DNA of 64,000 nucleotides from an uncultured Clostridia bacterium (GCA_947626165.1 CANQRG010000003.1:8375-72374); one strand, 5' to 3'. Shown: positions 1-9,452, counted from the stretch's first letter. Notes: generated by a model not told the origin, from the sequence alone. A program made the numbers and translations.

Positions 1-1941
1 GGTTCAATGGCTTTTCAACCAACTATATGTAAATATGTTTCAAAGATTATATTACCTCCTAGTTTGACACGGTTAAATGGTTGTATAAGTCGGGATGCAG
101 GTCAATATCTCAATTTAAAAGATATTTATATTTATTCAAAAAATATATCCGATGCTTCAACAATTAACAATACTTCTTATAATTACTGGTCTAAGGTAGA
201 TACTGTTTGGCATGTGTATAGGGGTAGTACAACTGAAGCTTCTTTAAGAGAAAATTTATTACTTAACGATAATCAAATTGAATATATTCCAGATAATGAA
301 CAAATGCCAACTGTAAATAATAAAACTGCGGCTGAGCTTGAACCAGTAACAGAAACATCAGGACCTAGCGGATTAACTTCAAAATATGAGTGGGATGAAA
401 CAAGCAAAACTCTTACATTCAACGGAAAAGGTACTATATCAATAGCTGACTATTTTGTAAAATATAGGAACACTGCAGAGCATATAGTTATAAATTCTGG
501 GATTACAAGCATATTTGCATCCACTGGTGTGCTAATTAAAGAATCTATAAGCGGTGCATTCTACAATTTTACAGCACTTGAAGATGTAAATTTACCTACA
601 ACCTTAACAGAAATAGGAGAACTTTCATTTTATGGATCTTCATTGACTAATATTAATTTTCCTGAGAGCCTTGAAAAAATAGGAACATTAGCTTTTGGTG
701 ATACAAATCTTAAAGAAGATATATCATTTCCAGATGATATAAATACAATAGGTGAAAACGCTTTTTCAGGTACAAAAATTAATTCAATAACATTGCACGA
801 AGGAATGACAATTGGCGGAGCTGCATTTTCTAGATGTGAATCACTTAAAGAATTAAACATTCCTAAAAACACTCTTTTTGAAAGGAAAAAAATTGGCGTA
901 CAAGGGATGTCGCGAGCGCCTGAAACTTTTGCAAATTGTACAGGGCTTGAAAAAATTATCATAGAAGATGGATGCTGGTTAGGTGATTCATGGGACAATG
1001 AATTTACTAAGAATGGAATTGCTGATCATTTTTGTCTTGAATGCGACTCGTTAAAGACGGTGGTCATTAAAGGTGATGTTGATTATATAGGAGAATCAGC
1101 ATTCGGATCATGCACTTCACTTACTGATATTTATTTATATAATACAGGTTTGACTACAATTACAGCTAAAGGCACAAGTCCTTATTTAGATAATGCAAGT
1201 ATAAATAGACCTGGTGATTGGAGAGACTCATTTTGGACCGGCAACAACCCAACCTTCCATGTAGTAAAAGGCAGCCAAACTGAAGAAACGCTGAGAAATG
1301 CAGGCTATCTGAATGATGAAAATACAGAATATTTAACTAATTTTACTGCACTGGATGCAAAAATTAAAGAGGCTGATAATTTAGATACAAGCAAGTATAC
1401 AGATGCTTCTGTAACTGCTTTGAAATCAGCAATAGAGAGTGGTAAAACTGTTTTAAATAATGAAAATGCTACACAGGAGCAAGTTGACAGTGCTTTGACT
1501 GCTATTGAAAACGCAATTAAAAATCTTAAGTCAAAAGTTTCTCCAACAATTCCAACTGGTAATGCTCCAATCGTTACAACAACCAGAAGCGCTGAAGTAG
1601 TTAAGAAGGATAAAACTACTGCCGAAAATCTTATGAAACAGGCTAAAATAACTAAACTTACGGTCAAGAGCAAAACAAAGAAAAAGATAAATGTAACTTG
1701 GAAAAAGGTTAAAACGGCAGTTGGTTATCAAGTTCAGGTTTCTAAGAAAAGTAACTTTAAAAAGAGAATACTCAATAAATTTACTACAAAGAAAAAATTG
1801 ACCATAAACAAAAAGATAAAAAGCGGAAAGACCTATTTTGTAAGAGTTCGTGCTTATGCAACCTATAAGGATGCCTTCGGAAAGCCACAAAAGGTTTACA
1901 GCAAGTGGAATAAAAAGCTCAGAAAGGTCAAGGTTAAATAG
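1..1941 (+). CDS. Leucine-rich-repeat (BspA-type) surface protein, 5' end cut by the window edge, with a C-terminal Lys-rich Fn3-like module
   Basis: The frame is open from base 1. LRR units are visible, e.g. LTEIGELSFYGSSLTNINFPESLEKIGTLAFGDTNL and INTIGENAFSGTKINSITL. The last ~95 aa (VTWKKVKTAVGYQVQVS...YFVRVRAYA) match the C-termini of four other ORFs in the window. Confidence 0.8.
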   Translation, partial: GSMAFQPTICKYVSKIILPPSLTRLNGCISRDAGQYLNLKDIYIYSKNISDASTINNTSYNYWSKVDTVWHVYRGSTTEASLRENLLLNDNQIEYIPDNEQMPTVNNKTAAELEPVTETSGPSGLTSKYEWDETSKTLTFNGKGTISIADYFVKYRNTAEHIVINSGITSIFASTGVLIKESISGAFYNFTALEDVNLPTTLTEIGELSFYGSSLTNINFPESLEKIGTLAFGDTNLKEDISFPDDINTIGENAFSGTKINSITLHEGMTIGGAAFSRCESLKELNIPKNTLFERKKIGVQGMSRAPETFANCTGLEKIIIEDGCWLGDSWDNEFTKNGIADHFCLECDSLKTVVIKGDVDYIGESAFGSCTSLTDIYLYNTGLTTITAKGTSPYLDNASINRPGDWRDSFWTGNNPTFHVVKGSQTEETLRNAGYLNDENTEYLTNFTALDAKIKEADNLDTSKYTDASVTALKSAIESGKTVLNNENATQEQVDSALTAIENAIKNLKSKVSPTIPTGNAPIVTTTRSAEVVKKDKTTAENLMKQAKITKLTVKSKTKKKINVTWKKVKTAVGYQVQVSKKSNFKKRILNKFTTKKKLTINKKIKSGKTYFVRVRAYATYKDAFGKPQKVYSKWNKKLRKVKVK

Positions 1942-1980
1942 CTGACATCATCCTTCTAAATTTATATATATCCCAAAACG

Positions 1981-2016
1981 GCAAACCGCCTGAACATTTT
2001 GTTCAGGCGGTTTTGC
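1981..2016. terminator. Bidirectional rho-independent terminator between convergent genes
   Basis: Hairpin gcaaaccgcctgaac-atttt-gttcaggcggttttgc, flanked by A/T runs on both sides. Confidence 0.75.
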
Positions 2017-2781
2017 TTATATTACCATTCCCCCGTTTATGCCTATTACCTGACCTGTTATATATTTCGCATTGTCAGATATTAAAAATTTAACCGCTTT
2101 TGCAATGTCGTCAGGCGTACCGATTCTGTTTAGAGGTATTTCATCTATAAGTTCCTTAATATCAGTGCTTGAAAGCTCAGAGTTCATATCAGTCTCAATA
2201 ACGCCGGGAGAGATGCAGTTTACTCTTATTCCGCTTGGTGCGAGCTCTTTTGCTAACGCTTTTGTAAAGCCAATAAGCCCTGCTTTGGAAGCTGAATATA
2301 CAACCTCGCAGGAAGCACCAACCTCTCCCCACATTGAAGATATATTAATGATACTTCCTCTTTTATAATGAATCATACTAGGCAATATCGCCTTAGTAAC
2401 CTTCATTGCGCCAATTAAGTTTACACCAATCATTCTGTCACGCTCAAGTGATGTCATATCTGTAAAAAGTCCGATTTGGGAGATTCCCGCATTGTTGACT
2501 AGTATGTCTATTTCCCCTAAATCCAAATTTATTTTATGTACCATTTCTGATACTTCGCGCTCGTTTGAAACATCTGCCTTGTATATATTTACATTTTCAT
2601 TGAACTTCTTTATCTCACAAAGTAATTCTTTTGCCATTTCCTCAGATGAATTATAGTTTATAGCAACGCTTATCCTCGAACGTGCAAGCTCTAAGGCTAT
2701 ACTTCGTCCAATTCCCCTTGAAGCACCGGTAACAAGTGCAACCTTACTCACAGACTTCACTTCCCTATAATAATTTGTCAA
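2017..2781 (-). CDS. Short-chain dehydrogenase/reductase, 3-oxoacyl-ACP reductase (FabG)-like
   Basis: Has VALVTGASRGIGRSIA (TGxxxGIG NAD(P) motif), NNAG, and the YSASKAG catalytic Y-x3-K. The start is uncertain: TTG at 2781, or a GTG about 10 codons downstream. Confidence 0.85.
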   Translation of the reverse strand: MTNYYREVKSVSKVALVTGASRGIGRSIALELARSRISVAINYNSSEEMAKELLCEIKKFNENVNIYKADVSNEREVSEMVHKINLDLGEIDILVNNAGISQIGLFTDMTSLERDRMIGVNLIGAMKVTKAILPSMIHYKRGSIINISSMWGEVGASCEVVYSASKAGLIGFTKALAKELAPSGIRVNCISPGVIETDMNSELSSTDIKELIDEIPLNRIGTPDDIAKAVKFLISDNAKYITGQVIGINGGMVI

Positions 2782-2849
2782 TAAAATTATATCATAAATT
2801 CAAGCCGATGTGAAGCCTGCAAGCGGCTGCAAATACTTTAACTTAAAAG

Positions 2850-3050
2850 CTATTTGTGATTTTGGTCGACAAAGTTTTTTGAAAGAATAACGTTATCCTC
2901 GCTTTTATTATAAACATTTCCCTGTTCATCAGTGTAATTATCAGTAACAACATAAGTTTCAAACATTGGGTTTAAAACCTTCGGGCGATATATTTTTGTT
3001 CCGTCAACTGAATTTATCAACATAGTGTCTTTTTTTAATTTTTCAAACAT
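2850..3050 (-). CDS. Small hypothetical protein (66 aa)
   Basis: ATG preceded by an AAAGGA Shine-Dalgarno sequence. I recognise no family. Confidence 0.45.
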   Translation of the reverse strand: MFEKLKKDTMLINSVDGTKIYRPKVLNPMFETYVVTDNYTDEQGNVYNKSEDNVILSKNFVDQNHK

Positions 3051-3231
3051 ATTATCAAATCCTTTCTTAATAATATTATCTGTATTTGAGTTATAGATAT
3101 GTTATAAATATTTTTGAAATATTATTGTTTTTAACTTCAAAAGCGTGTATAATATTCTTATGCTTATAAATTTTTGAAATATAAAAAGCAATTTTTATTA
3201 AAATAATATTTACATAAAGGACTGAGAGCAT

Positions 3232-3819
3232 ATGAAAAATCTTCAAAACAAAATGGTTCTAAAAGGTCTTCTGAGGTTTTTGCTGGCAACATTTTTCTGT
3301 CTTGTTTTAATGATATTCTGGGTCGTGTTTCACGATAAGGCGAGAATTTTAAACGACCTTGTTTTTGGTCTTTGTTTTTTACTGATACTTGGTCTGGTTT
3401 TTGGTGATTATGGTCTGAAGGTAAGCGAAACTATGAAAAATCAGGTTAAGTTTCACGGCGAAAACGACTGCAAAAATCTCGGAATAAAAATTGGATTTAC
3501 CGGCGCAATTCCAAGCTACATAGGCGTTATTGCTTTATTTTTGGCAAAGCTTCAGCTTGTAAAAGCACCGCTCTGGCTGTATGCAGTTTTCAATGTATAC
3601 TTTTATCCCGTATTTGATCTATTTTTAACAAACGCTGAATACCAAACTATTAATGAACATAATGTATTGATTTTATCATCTATACCCTTGTACTCATTTA
3701 TTGTTCTTGTTATTTTACCGCTTGTTATGCCTCTTGGCTGTCAAATCGGATACAGTATTGGCTACAATAATATTGACGTAAAGGCAAAGCTGTTTTATAA
3801 AAATAAAAAGAATATTTAA
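3232..3819 (+). CDS. Polytopic membrane protein, unknown function
   Basis: AAGGA RBS. About five hydrophobic segments (e.g. LLRFLLATFFCLVLMIFWVVF, IPLYSFIVLVILPLVMPLG). Confidence 0.65.
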   Translation: MKNLQNKMVLKGLLRFLLATFFCLVLMIFWVVFHDKARILNDLVFGLCFLLILGLVFGDYGLKVSETMKNQVKFHGENDCKNLGIKIGFTGAIPSYIGVIALFLAKLQLVKAPLWLYAVFNVYFYPVFDLFLTNAEYQTINEHNVLILSSIPLYSFIVLVILPLVMPLGCQIGYSIGYNNIDVKAKLFYKNKKNI

Positions 3820-3898
3820 CTTTACCTTATCATTCATAAAGCAACGCTCTTTTTCATAAAATGTATTAATTTCATTTTACGAAAAGGAGCGATTTATT

Positions 3899-4663
3899 TT
3901 GGTTAAAAGCTCAAAAAAAATTTATGCCGCTTTAGGCATTATTTTTTCCTACATAGTAATTTACACCTTCTTGCACGGTATAAACACCGACGTTCCAAAC
4001 AGCTATAATACGCACGAAGACGAAATTGTAACTGTTTCATCACAAACTGACGATTCAAAACCTATTATAATTTTAGACGCTGGTCACGGCGGCGTTGACG
4101 GCGGCTGCTCAGCTTATAACGGCGCTTTGGAAAAGGATATCAACCTCAGTATAGAGCTTTCTCTCAAAGCTATACTTGAAACCTTCGGCTACACTGTAGA
4201 GGTTACACGCTCAACTGATACTTCAATTTTCGATCCGGGAATAGTTGGCATTGGAAAACAGAAAAAATCTGATATGAACAATCGACTTAACCTCTTTAAT
4301 AAATACGAAAACGCAGTTGCTGTCTCTATTCACCAAAATCAGTTCACAGACCCTCAGTTCAATGGTGCGCAAATGTTCTATACCGAGACAAATCCTTTAA
4401 GCCAAACGCTTGCTCAAACGCTTCAAAACACCTTTAAAAGCAAACTGCAAAATAACAACGACAGAGAAATTAAAAATGCCGGTAAGGATCTGTTCCTGCT
4501 CTATTACTCCAAATGCCCGTCTGTTATGGTTGAATGCGGATTTCTGTCAAACAAGCAAGAAGCTGACTTGCTTCTTTCAAAGGGTTATCAAAAACAGGTT
4601 GCACTGACAATCTTCAGCGGCTTAAATGAATTTATACAAGCTAATTATAATCAACCGGCGTGA
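3899..4663 (+). CDS. cwlD: N-acetylmuramoyl-L-alanine amidase (Amidase_3), CwlD-like
   Basis: TTG start after AAAGGAG. N-terminal membrane anchor, then ILDAGHGGVDGG...EKDINL...VSIHQNQF...GAQMFY...ECGFLSN, typical of Amidase_3. Size and architecture fit CwlD. Confidence 0.8.
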   Translation: MVKSSKKIYAALGIIFSYIVIYTFLHGINTDVPNSYNTHEDEIVTVSSQTDDSKPIIILDAGHGGVDGGCSAYNGALEKDINLSIELSLKAILETFGYTVEVTRSTDTSIFDPGIVGIGKQKKSDMNNRLNLFNKYENAVAVSIHQNQFTDPQFNGAQMFYTETNPLSQTLAQTLQNTFKSKLQNNNDREIKNAGKDLFLLYYSKCPSVMVECGFLSNKQEADLLLSKGYQKQVALTIFSGLNEFIQANYNQPA

Positions 4664-4910
4664 CGGCAACGGTGACGTTGCATCCAGTGCTGCCTATTAT
4701 ATATTTGAAAAATGTTCAAGTTAGTTCAACGGTAGGCTTATCAATTGATAATGGATAATGAACAATTGACAGAAGCAAGACCAGCGAGCCGGCGGTGGCT
4801 CTGCTGCCTATTATAAATTTGAAAAATGTTAAAGTTAGTGCAACGGCAGGCTTATTAATTGATAATTGACAATGGACAATGGACAATGGATAATGAACAG
4901 AAGCAAGACA
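4661..4910 (+). repeat. Two tandem units (~114 nt period) of a dispersed intergenic repeat family, followed by GACAATG/GATAATG heptamer runs
   Basis: The core ctgcctattata(t/a)atttgaaaaatgtt(c/a)aagttagt(t/g)caacgg(t/c)aggcttat occurs at 4690 and 4804. The unit is prefixed by agaagcaagacc plus a GC stem-loop. Related copies lie at 9453-9577 (inverted), 26166-26447, 8166-8206 and 34048-34094. Confidence 0.8.
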
Positions 4911-4939
4911 AAAGCGTCCGGAATTTTTCCGAACGCTTT
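4911..4939. terminator. Rho-independent terminator (best fit for rpsR on the minus strand)
   Basis: Hairpin aaagcgtccgg-aattttt-ccgaacgcttt, with a T-run when read on the minus strand. The stem is nearly identical to the terminator at 9423-9452. Confidence 0.7.
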
Positions 4940-4969
4940 GTGTTTAAGTTTAGTTCTTATTATTCAGCC

Positions 4970-5206
4970 TTATTCAGCCGTATAAGGAAGCAATGCAACG
5001 TGGCGTGCCCTCTTGATAGCTGAAGTGAGTTCTCTTTGATGGTATGCACAAGTTCCTGTAACACGTCGTGGGAGAATCTTAGCTCTATCTGTCGTAAACT
5101 TTTTTAACTTGGCTACATCTTTATAATCAATCTTTTCTGATCTTTCAACACAGAACATACAAACCTTTTTACGACCTCTCTTAATAGGTCTGCTGACTTT
5201 CTCCAT
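4970..5206 (-). CDS. rpsR: 30S ribosomal protein S18
   Basis: KVCMFC...IDYKD...LKKF.T.R.KILPRR.TG.CA..QR.L..AIKRAR..ALLPY is the conserved S18 sequence. It sits in the canonical rpsF-ssb-rpsR context. Confidence 0.95.
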   Translation of the reverse strand: MEKVSRPIKRGRKKVCMFCVERSEKIDYKDVAKLKKFTTDRAKILPRRVTGTCAYHQRELTSAIKRARHVALLPYTAE

Positions 5207-5253
5207 GGTATTTTCCTCCTTTACCTGATATTAAATACAATCTGATTTTCTGA

Positions 5254-5718
5254 TTAGAACGGTACTCCGTCGTCTGAAATAACGACCTCAAAATCATCTA
5301 TATCGCCAATAGCAATAGACTCATTCGCAGAATCATTATTAACAGGCGTATTCTGAGCCGGTGTGCTGAACGTAGCGTTAGTTGTTCCGCCCTGCTGTTT
5401 AGGCTCGCCTGTGAATGATACGTTATCTACAACAACCTCAGTAACATAATGCTTAACGCCGTTTTTGTCATCATAGGTTCTTGTTTGAAGAGTTCCCTCT
5501 ATAGCAATCATTCTGCCTTTTGCAAAATAATTGTTGATAAACTCAGCCCTCTGACGCCATGCCACACAATTTATAAAATCTGTCTGTCTTTCTTCGCCCT
5601 GCCTTGCATAGCCTCTGTCAACAGCTATACTGAATGACAAAACGCTTACTCCGCTTGGGGTCTGTTTGAGCTCTAAATCATGGGTTATTCTTCCCATCAA
5701 AATGACTCTGTTTAACAT
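5254..5718 (-). CDS. ssb: Single-stranded DNA-binding protein
   Basis: MLNRVILMGRITHDLELKQTPSGVSV..F..AV.R OB-fold N-terminus, plus the acidic C-terminal tail DDGVPF. Confidence 0.95.
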   Translation of the reverse strand: MLNRVILMGRITHDLELKQTPSGVSVLSFSIAVDRGYARQGEERQTDFINCVAWRQRAEFINNYFAKGRMIAIEGTLQTRTYDDKNGVKHYVTEVVVDNVSFTGEPKQQGGTTNATFSTPAQNTPVNNDSANESIAIGDIDDFEVVISDDGVPF

Positions 5719-5742
5719 AACGTATCTTCCTTTCTGCTAACA

Positions 5743-6033
5743 TTAGCAAACTGTAATTAAAAATCTCAGAACGCCGTCAGTAATCTTGAGTACACGTTCC
5801 AGCTCTGCCGGAAAGCTTGGCTTAGAAACAAAGTTCCAAAGAATGTAGTAGCCTTCATTTTCGAAATTGATAGGATAAGCAAGTCTTCTCTTGCCCCACT
5901 CATCAATAGAAACCTCCTCGGCATTAGCTGAAATCAGGTCACCGAACTTTTGCGTAAGAGCCTGAGTTTCTTCTTCGCTTAGCTTAGTGCTGAGTACAAC
6001 CATAGCTTCGTATTTTTCTGTAACCTTAGCCAT
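5743..6033 (-). CDS. rpsF: 30S ribosomal protein S6
   Basis: Start moved to the ATG at 6033, which has an AAGGAGGTG RBS. MAKVTEKYEAMVVL...WGKRRLAYPI is the S6 signature. Confidence 0.93.
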   Translation of the reverse strand: MAKVTEKYEAMVVLSTKLSEEETQALTQKFGDLISANAEEVSIDEWGKRRLAYPINFENEGYYILWNFVSKPSFPAELERVLKITDGVLRFLITVC

Positions 6034-6119
6034 AATAAATGCACCTCCTTTTAGATTTCGCCTGCGTTTTGACACAAGCAAGGATAACTAATGAATTATA
6101 ACATAAAATATTATATTTG

Positions 6120-7001
6120 TCAACATTTAATTTTCTGCGCTAATTTTGCTATTAATTTTTCCAAATCTTTCTTTACTTCGGGGTGTTTAAGACCTACTTT
6201 TATTGAAGCCTCTAACATTCCGTATTTGCTTCCGACATCAAATCTGTCTCCGATAAAATCTATGCCTATCATTCCCTTTTCACGGGCAAGAACAGCCATA
6301 GCGTCGGTGAGCTGATACTCTCCTCCCCTGCCTTTTGGAGTAGTCTCCAGTATATCAAAAATCTCAAACGGCAAAACACATCTGCCTAAAATAGAGAAGT
6401 TTGAGAACTTGTCCGCAATGGCAGGTTTTTCTATCATATCAGATATCGAGTAGACATTGTCCTTAATATTTTTACACTTCATAGAAGAATACTTTACTAT
6501 ATCTTCATCTGAAACTTCTTTTATTGCGACAGCGCCTAAGCCGTATTTTTCATATGCGTCGCATACCTGCCTACAGCACGGGATATCACCAATTATTACG
6601 TCATCGCCATACAAAACGGCAAACGATTCACCGTTTACAAAATCCTTTGCTAAAGAAACAGCATGACCAAGTCCCAAAGCAGCGTCCTGAACAACATAAG
6701 TGATATCAGCCATACGAGAAATTTTCTGAACTTCCTTTAATTTTTGCTCATACCTTTTTCCGCCGTTTTCTAAATGCTTTTCAAGTCTCTCGTTAGTGTC
6801 AAAATGTTTTTTAACAATATCCTTATCAGGGCTTAAAATAATACATATATCCGTTATGCCGCTTTTTACAGCCTCCTCAACATTGTACTGAATCGCAGGC
6901 TTGTCAACAATAGGCAAAAGCTCCTTGGGCATAGCCTTTGTCGCTGGCAAATCACGAGTTCCCCACCCTCCGGCAGGGATTATAGCCTTTTTTACCTTCA
7001 T
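6120..7001 (-). CDS. galU: UTP--glucose-1-phosphate uridylyltransferase
   Basis: Start moved to the ATG at 7001. MKVKKAIIPAGGWGTRDLPATKAMPKELLPIVDKP is the GalU N-terminal signature, and VLYGDD follows. Confidence 0.9.
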   Translation of the reverse strand: MKVKKAIIPAGGWGTRDLPATKAMPKELLPIVDKPAIQYNVEEAVKSGITDICIILSPDKDIVKKHFDTNERLEKHLENGGKRYEQKLKEVQKISRMADITYVVQDAALGLGHAVSLAKDFVNGESFAVLYGDDVIIGDIPCCRQVCDAYEKYGLGAVAIKEVSDEDIVKYSSMKCKNIKDNVYSISDMIEKPAIADKFSNFSILGRCVLPFEIFDILETTPKGRGGEYQLTDAMAVLAREKGMIGIDFIGDRFDVGSKYGMLEASIKVGLKHPEVKKDLEKLIAKLAQKIKC

Positions 7002-7102
7002 ATTTATGGTTATGCTCCGCAGGGAGCGTCCTCCTATTAGAATATTTAAAATGAACAATTAAAATCGAAAGTTTCTTGCTTCATTCTTCTATTCTATTGA
7101 CT

Positions 7103-8104
7103 CTAAAGAATGAGCATAGCTATAATTCTTATTATTAAATAGTAAGCCGCAATAGCTGCAATCGCAATTCCAAAAGACGTTCCGCCCCTTTTAGCTATAG
7201 TATCACGTCTTTGGATCTGTGACTGTGCAACCTGATCTATTTCGTCTATATCGTGCTTAGCCTTTTTAAAATACCAAAAATTTGAAAACATTCCGCTGAC
7301 AATATAAATAATTAATGACAGCAGCGAAAGTCCCAAAAACATTCCCGACCATAACGGAGACGAAGAAAGCTTATCCATAATCTCAGTTGTTGTAGTCTCT
7401 GATGACACATTGAAATTCAAAAGCATACTTTGCATAAAAACTGACATAACTATTTTAAATGTCATAAAGAAAAATCCATGTCCTATCATTTTTCTGTAGA
7501 AATAATAATACTCTGGAAAAAGAAAAGCACAGAAGTTAAAAGACCTTTTCATTTTCAGTTTGGCAAATCTCATAAAATGTGCCAAAAAATAAAACTTATT
7601 GCTTCCTACATAATCAGCAATATCCCCTGCTCTAACACCGTCAATATCGGTATCGTCTTCAATTTCAACAAAGCCTCCAAAAAACGGATTAAAAGGCTGT
7701 CCGCCCTGAAACTGACCTGTCTGTCCGCCAAAGCCTTGACCCATAGAACCTACGTTGGAATACGGATTTTTATTTTCCTCGTTAAAATGCTGATTTTCAT
7801 TATCACTGTTTAGCGGCAGACCACACTGTGAGCAGAAATTCTGCTCTTGAGTATTGTAAAATCCGCATCTTGGACATACTTTATTTTCAGTCTGTTCAGC
7901 TTTCTCAGATGTCTTTCCATCAGCATTGTTTTTCTGGCTCCACGACATTCCCTTATCGTGAAGTTCTTTATTTATACACTCTCCTGCCTGCTTATAGCAA
8001 TCCCTATGGTAGGGAGTTCCGCATTCAGGACATACAACTATATCATCTTTTTCTTCAAAATTTGTGCCACATACAATACATTTTGAGCCAATGTAATTTG
8101 CCAT
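7103..8104 (-). CDS. Membrane protein with two N-terminal zinc ribbons (DUF2628-like C-terminal membrane region)
   Basis: CIVCG-x14-CPECG and CPRCG-x10-CSQCG motifs, a G/Q/F-rich linker, and three or more hydrophobic helices at the C-terminus. Confidence 0.7.
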   Translation of the reverse strand: MANYIGSKCIVCGTNFEEKDDIVVCPECGTPYHRDCYKQAGECINKELHDKGMSWSQKNNADGKTSEKAEQTENKVCPRCGFYNTQEQNFCSQCGLPLNSDNENQHFNEENKNPYSNVGSMGQGFGGQTGQFQGGQPFNPFFGGFVEIEDDTDIDGVRAGDIADYVGSNKFYFLAHFMRFAKLKMKRSFNFCAFLFPEYYYFYRKMIGHGFFFMTFKIVMSVFMQSMLLNFNVSSETTTTEIMDKLSSSPLWSGMFLGLSLLSLIIYIVSGMFSNFWYFKKAKHDIDEIDQVAQSQIQRRDTIAKRGGTSFGIAIAAIAAYYLIIRIIAMLIL

Positions 8105-8165
8105 ATCTTTAACTTGCTCAAAAGAGCAATCCTCCTGTTAAATATTCTTTATGAAACAAAAATAT

Positions 8166-8206
8166 TTCTTGCTTCTTGTTTCTTGCCTCTTGCCTCTAGT
8201 ATAGCA
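8166..8206 (-). repeat. Partial copy of the intergenic repeat family (GCAAGA-word module)
   Basis: The reverse complement reads ctagaggcaagaggcaagaaacaagaagcaagaaa, the same word set as 26240-26280. Confidence 0.5.
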
Positions 8207-8242
8207 CAAAAATTTTTAAAAATAAAGTATTTCTTAAAATTC

Positions 8243-8271
8243 TTTACTTTTTGACCAAAATTAAGTATAAT
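8243..8271 (+). promoter_or_regulatory. Putative sigma-A promoter of prfB
   Basis: TTTACT, 17 bp spacer, TATAAT, located 34 nt upstream of the start codon. Confidence 0.45.
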
Positions 8272-8304
8272 AAATATTATTAATTTTATTGTTCGGAGAA
8301 AAAT

Positions 8305-9405
8305 ATGATTATTTTAGATGAAATAAAACAAGAGCTTGAAAGCTATAAGCCTAAACTGTCAGAGCTTTATGATGTCTTGCAAATAGACGACAACAAAATC
8401 AAACTGAAAAAGCTTCAAGAAAAAACACTTGAAAGCAATTTCTGGAACGATGCTGACAACTCACAAAATGTATTAAAAAAAATCAAATCACTTGATGAAA
8501 TTATAAAGTCATACACAAATTCTAAGGAAAAGTATGATGAAATTTCTCTTATGCTTGAGCTTGCTGAAGAGGACGAAGATGAAAGTCTTGCCCTTGAAGC
8601 CAAAACAGAGCTTAAAAAGTTTGCAAAAAAACTAGACGAATTAACAATTACCACCCTGCTTACTGGCGAATATGACCAAAACAATGCGATTGTCTCCTTT
8701 CACCCAGGAGCAGGCGGAACAGAGGCTCAGGACTGGGCAGAGATGCTCCTTAGAATGTACACAAGATACGCTGAAAAGCACGCTTTTAAAGTTACAATGC
8801 TTGACTATCTTGAAGGCGGAGAAGCAGGAATAAAAAGCGCAACTATTCTGATCGAGGGCAGAAACGCCTACGGTTTTTTAAAAAGCGAAGCTGGCATTCA
8901 TCGTCTTGTAAGGATTTCACCTTTTGACAGCTCAGGAAGCCGGCATACCTCCTTTGCGGCAGTTGACATAATGCCGGAAATTGACGACAGCACTTCTGTT
9001 GAAATAAGACCTGAGGATATAAAAATGGACACATACCGTGCAAGCGGAGCAGGAGGTCAGCACATAAACAAAACCGATTCAGCCGTCAGGATAACCCATA
9101 TACCTACAGGCATTGTATGCTCGTGTCAAACACAGAGATCACAGCACCAGAACAGAGATTACGCTATGAAAATGTTGAAAGCTAAACTTATTGAAATCAA
9201 AGAGCGCGAGCATTTAGAAAAGATAGAGGACATAAAGGGCGAGCATAAGGAAATCGCCTGGGGAGCGCAGATACGCTCTTATGTGTTTATGCCGTATACT
9301 CTTGTTAAGGATCACAGAACAAACTGCGAGGTCAAGAACGTAGAATCTGTAATGAATGGAAATATAGAACCGTTTATAGACGCATATTTGAAAAAAAATC
9401 AGTAG
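8305..9405 (+). CDS. prfB: Peptide chain release factor 2, uninterrupted (no programmed +1 frameshift)
   Basis: Has the SPF tripeptide (RISPFDS) and the GGQ motif (SGAGGQHINK). 366 aa in a single frame from the ATG with a GGAG RBS. Confidence 0.95.
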   Translation: MIILDEIKQELESYKPKLSELYDVLQIDDNKIKLKKLQEKTLESNFWNDADNSQNVLKKIKSLDEIIKSYTNSKEKYDEISLMLELAEEDEDESLALEAKTELKKFAKKLDELTITTLLTGEYDQNNAIVSFHPGAGGTEAQDWAEMLLRMYTRYAEKHAFKVTMLDYLEGGEAGIKSATILIEGRNAYGFLKSEAGIHRLVRISPFDSSGSRHTSFAAVDIMPEIDDSTSVEIRPEDIKMDTYRASGAGGQHINKTDSAVRITHIPTGIVCSCQTQRSQHQNRDYAMKMLKAKLIEIKEREHLEKIEDIKGEHKEIAWGAQIRSYVFMPYTLVKDHRTNCEVKNVESVMNGNIEPFIDAYLKKNQ

Positions 9406-9422
9406 ATTAATTTTTATATTAT

Positions 9423-9452
9423 ACAAGCGTTCGGAAAAATTCCGAACGCTTG
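9423..9452 (+). terminator. prfB terminator
   Basis: Hairpin acaagcgttcgg-aaaaatt-ccgaacgcttgt. Confidence 0.7.

Noticed and set aside
630-1890. Minus-strand ORFs 630-998, 1305-1673 and 1531-1890 inside the LRR gene
   Set aside because: They are antisense shadows of a long, motif-rich ORF, with no RBS and biased low-complexity composition. The same reasoning rejects 2072-2368, 5449-5637, 6457-6666, 7478-8112, 8415-8684, 11079-11273, 14268-14650, 14743-14982, 16980-17378, 18035-18235, 18888-19085, 19479-19709, 20601-20933, 21504-21728, 23227-23415, 25279-25756, 27122-27937, 28950-29383, 34767-36152, 37419-38058, 43683-44099, 47417-47866, 54082-54498, 57164-57596 and 58050-58265.
4661-4910. 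Possible CRISPR array, because of regularly spaced repeats (also at 26166-26447)
   Set aside because: The units are ~111-114 nt long and contiguous, with no unique spacers between short repeats. There are only two or three units and no cas genes in the window.
8360-8385. Expected CUU UGA C programmed frameshift site in prfB
   Set aside because: The reading frame is continuous from the ATG at 8305, with no in-frame TGA and no upstream SD-like element.
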